From the IMG/VR virus record IMGVR_UViG_3300046747_000551, positions 9,179-73,178 of that record: a stretch of 64,000 nucleotides of DNA. The stretch is one strand, 5' to 3'. This DNA comes from a virus. The position numbers were made by a program, and so were the translations under genes. The notes under the pieces are model-generated. The model was not told where the DNA came from. It saw nothing but the letters and a program-made list of their open reading frames with translations, and made no database searches. Positions 63,188 to 64,000 of this stretch are shown piece by piece (position 1 is the stretch's first letter; each line of letters begins with the position of its first letter).

Positions 63188-64000
63188 TTAGGAGTCGCAA
63201 ACGCCCAACGTGGCAAACGCATCGCTGCCGGAGAACCCGGAGGCGTCCACAACGGAGCAGTCGGGCAGACCGAGGTCAGCCGTGCAACGCTTGTAGAGGA
63301 TGGGGACGACGTGCTGCGGCCGAATCGGCTGGTAGGCACGAGTAATCTGATACTTGTGCCAGCCGAAGTCGCCGAACTGGTTACAGTCGTTGTCCACGAT
63401 GTAGTGCCACTCCAGCTCACCCATGTGAAGCTGCGGGGCATACTTGAACGTGCCTTCGCCGACATACTTCTCGGGCACCAGCCGGTTGAAGGTGTTGTCG
63501 AACATGAGGAACCCGACCTCGTAGGTCGCGGCCAACCACGCGGGGTTGATTTTCGCGAACGCCGTGTTCTTCGACACGTTGGCAACGTTCACGACGGGGT
63601 CAACCAGAATCAGGTTGCCGTCGCCGTCGAAACCAGTGGCGCGGAGCGGACGCTGGTCCACACCGAAGGCGATGCCGCGGTAAGCGGGGGCCTCTTCGAA
63701 CTGGTAAGCGCTGACCGATTGCTCGCCCAGCTTGTATCCACCGGTCGTCAGACCGATGAGGATTTCCTTCACGCCGATTTCATTGCGGAAACTCTCGATG
63801 ATGTCGGAGCTGCCGATGAAGCGAGCGTGGGGCATACCCTTGCCTTCGCTGTCGAACATCGAGGCGAACAACGCCTCTTTGACGAACCGCGTGACGTAGT
63901 GCAGAGCCTTGAAGCTGAGCGGACCCGTCGGATTGAGCGGAGCGAACTGGACGCCGAGGTCCGTTTCGGTTCCACCGGTGAACAGCGAGTCGAAGTCGTA
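63188..64000 (-). CDS. Probable major capsid protein, C-terminal 270 aa; starts beyond the right window edge
   Basis: Frame is open from base 64000 (YDFDSLFTGG...); heads the structural operon; C-terminal N.FGDFG.H.Y...RAY.P..P pattern. Confidence 0.6.
   Translation of the reverse strand, partial: YDFDSLFTGGTETDLGVQFAPLNPTGPLSFKALHYVTRFVKEALFASMFDSEGKGMPHARFIGSSDIIESFRNEIGVKEILIGLTTGGYKLGEQSVSAYQFEEAPAYRGIAFGVDQRPLRATGFDGDGNLILVDPVVNVANVSKNTAFAKINPAWLAATYEVGFLMFDNTFNRLVPEKYVGEGTFKYAPQLHMGELEWHYIVDNDCNQFGDFGWHKYQITRAYQPIRPQHVVPILYKRCTADLGLPDCSVVDASGFSGSDAFATLGVCDS

Overview
Most of the genome of a GC-rich, podovirus-like tailed dsDNA phage. The window opens inside the large terminase gene (minus strand) and closes inside a probable major capsid gene (minus strand), so portal and scaffold probably lie just outside. 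Layout: (i) 1-6.8 kb minus strand: terL, FN3 protein, serine recombinase, small accessory genes, probable terS; (ii) a divergence point at about 6.9-7.06 kb carrying a perfect 36-bp inverted repeat; (iii) 7.1-36.2 kb plus strand: many small early genes, SNF2-type helicase, nucleotide-metabolism enzymes, several papain-fold and zincin peptidases, Cas4-like nuclease, probable SSB, a family A DNA polymerase split into two ORFs, primase-helicase, a phage sigma-70 factor, RuvC-like resolvase, metallophosphoesterase and GT4 glycosyltransferase; (iv) 36.2-64 kb minus strand virion module: collagen-like fibres, a 2627-aa probable ejection protein, GNAT, tail proteins and capsid. Best leads: a 13-copy non-canonical promoter TTGACA-N16-CAC(T) with middle and late sub-classes, plausibly read by the phage sigma factor; the giant protein, whose modules are delimited by repeated (R/K)(A/G)G(Y/F)L(P/S) motifs downstream of an HExxH zincin motif; a roughly 180-nt tRNA-like, CCA-ended RNA with its own promoter next to a possible RNase gene; the 36-bp inverted repeat; and the split polymerase. 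All functional calls come from motif recognition by eye; no searches were run.
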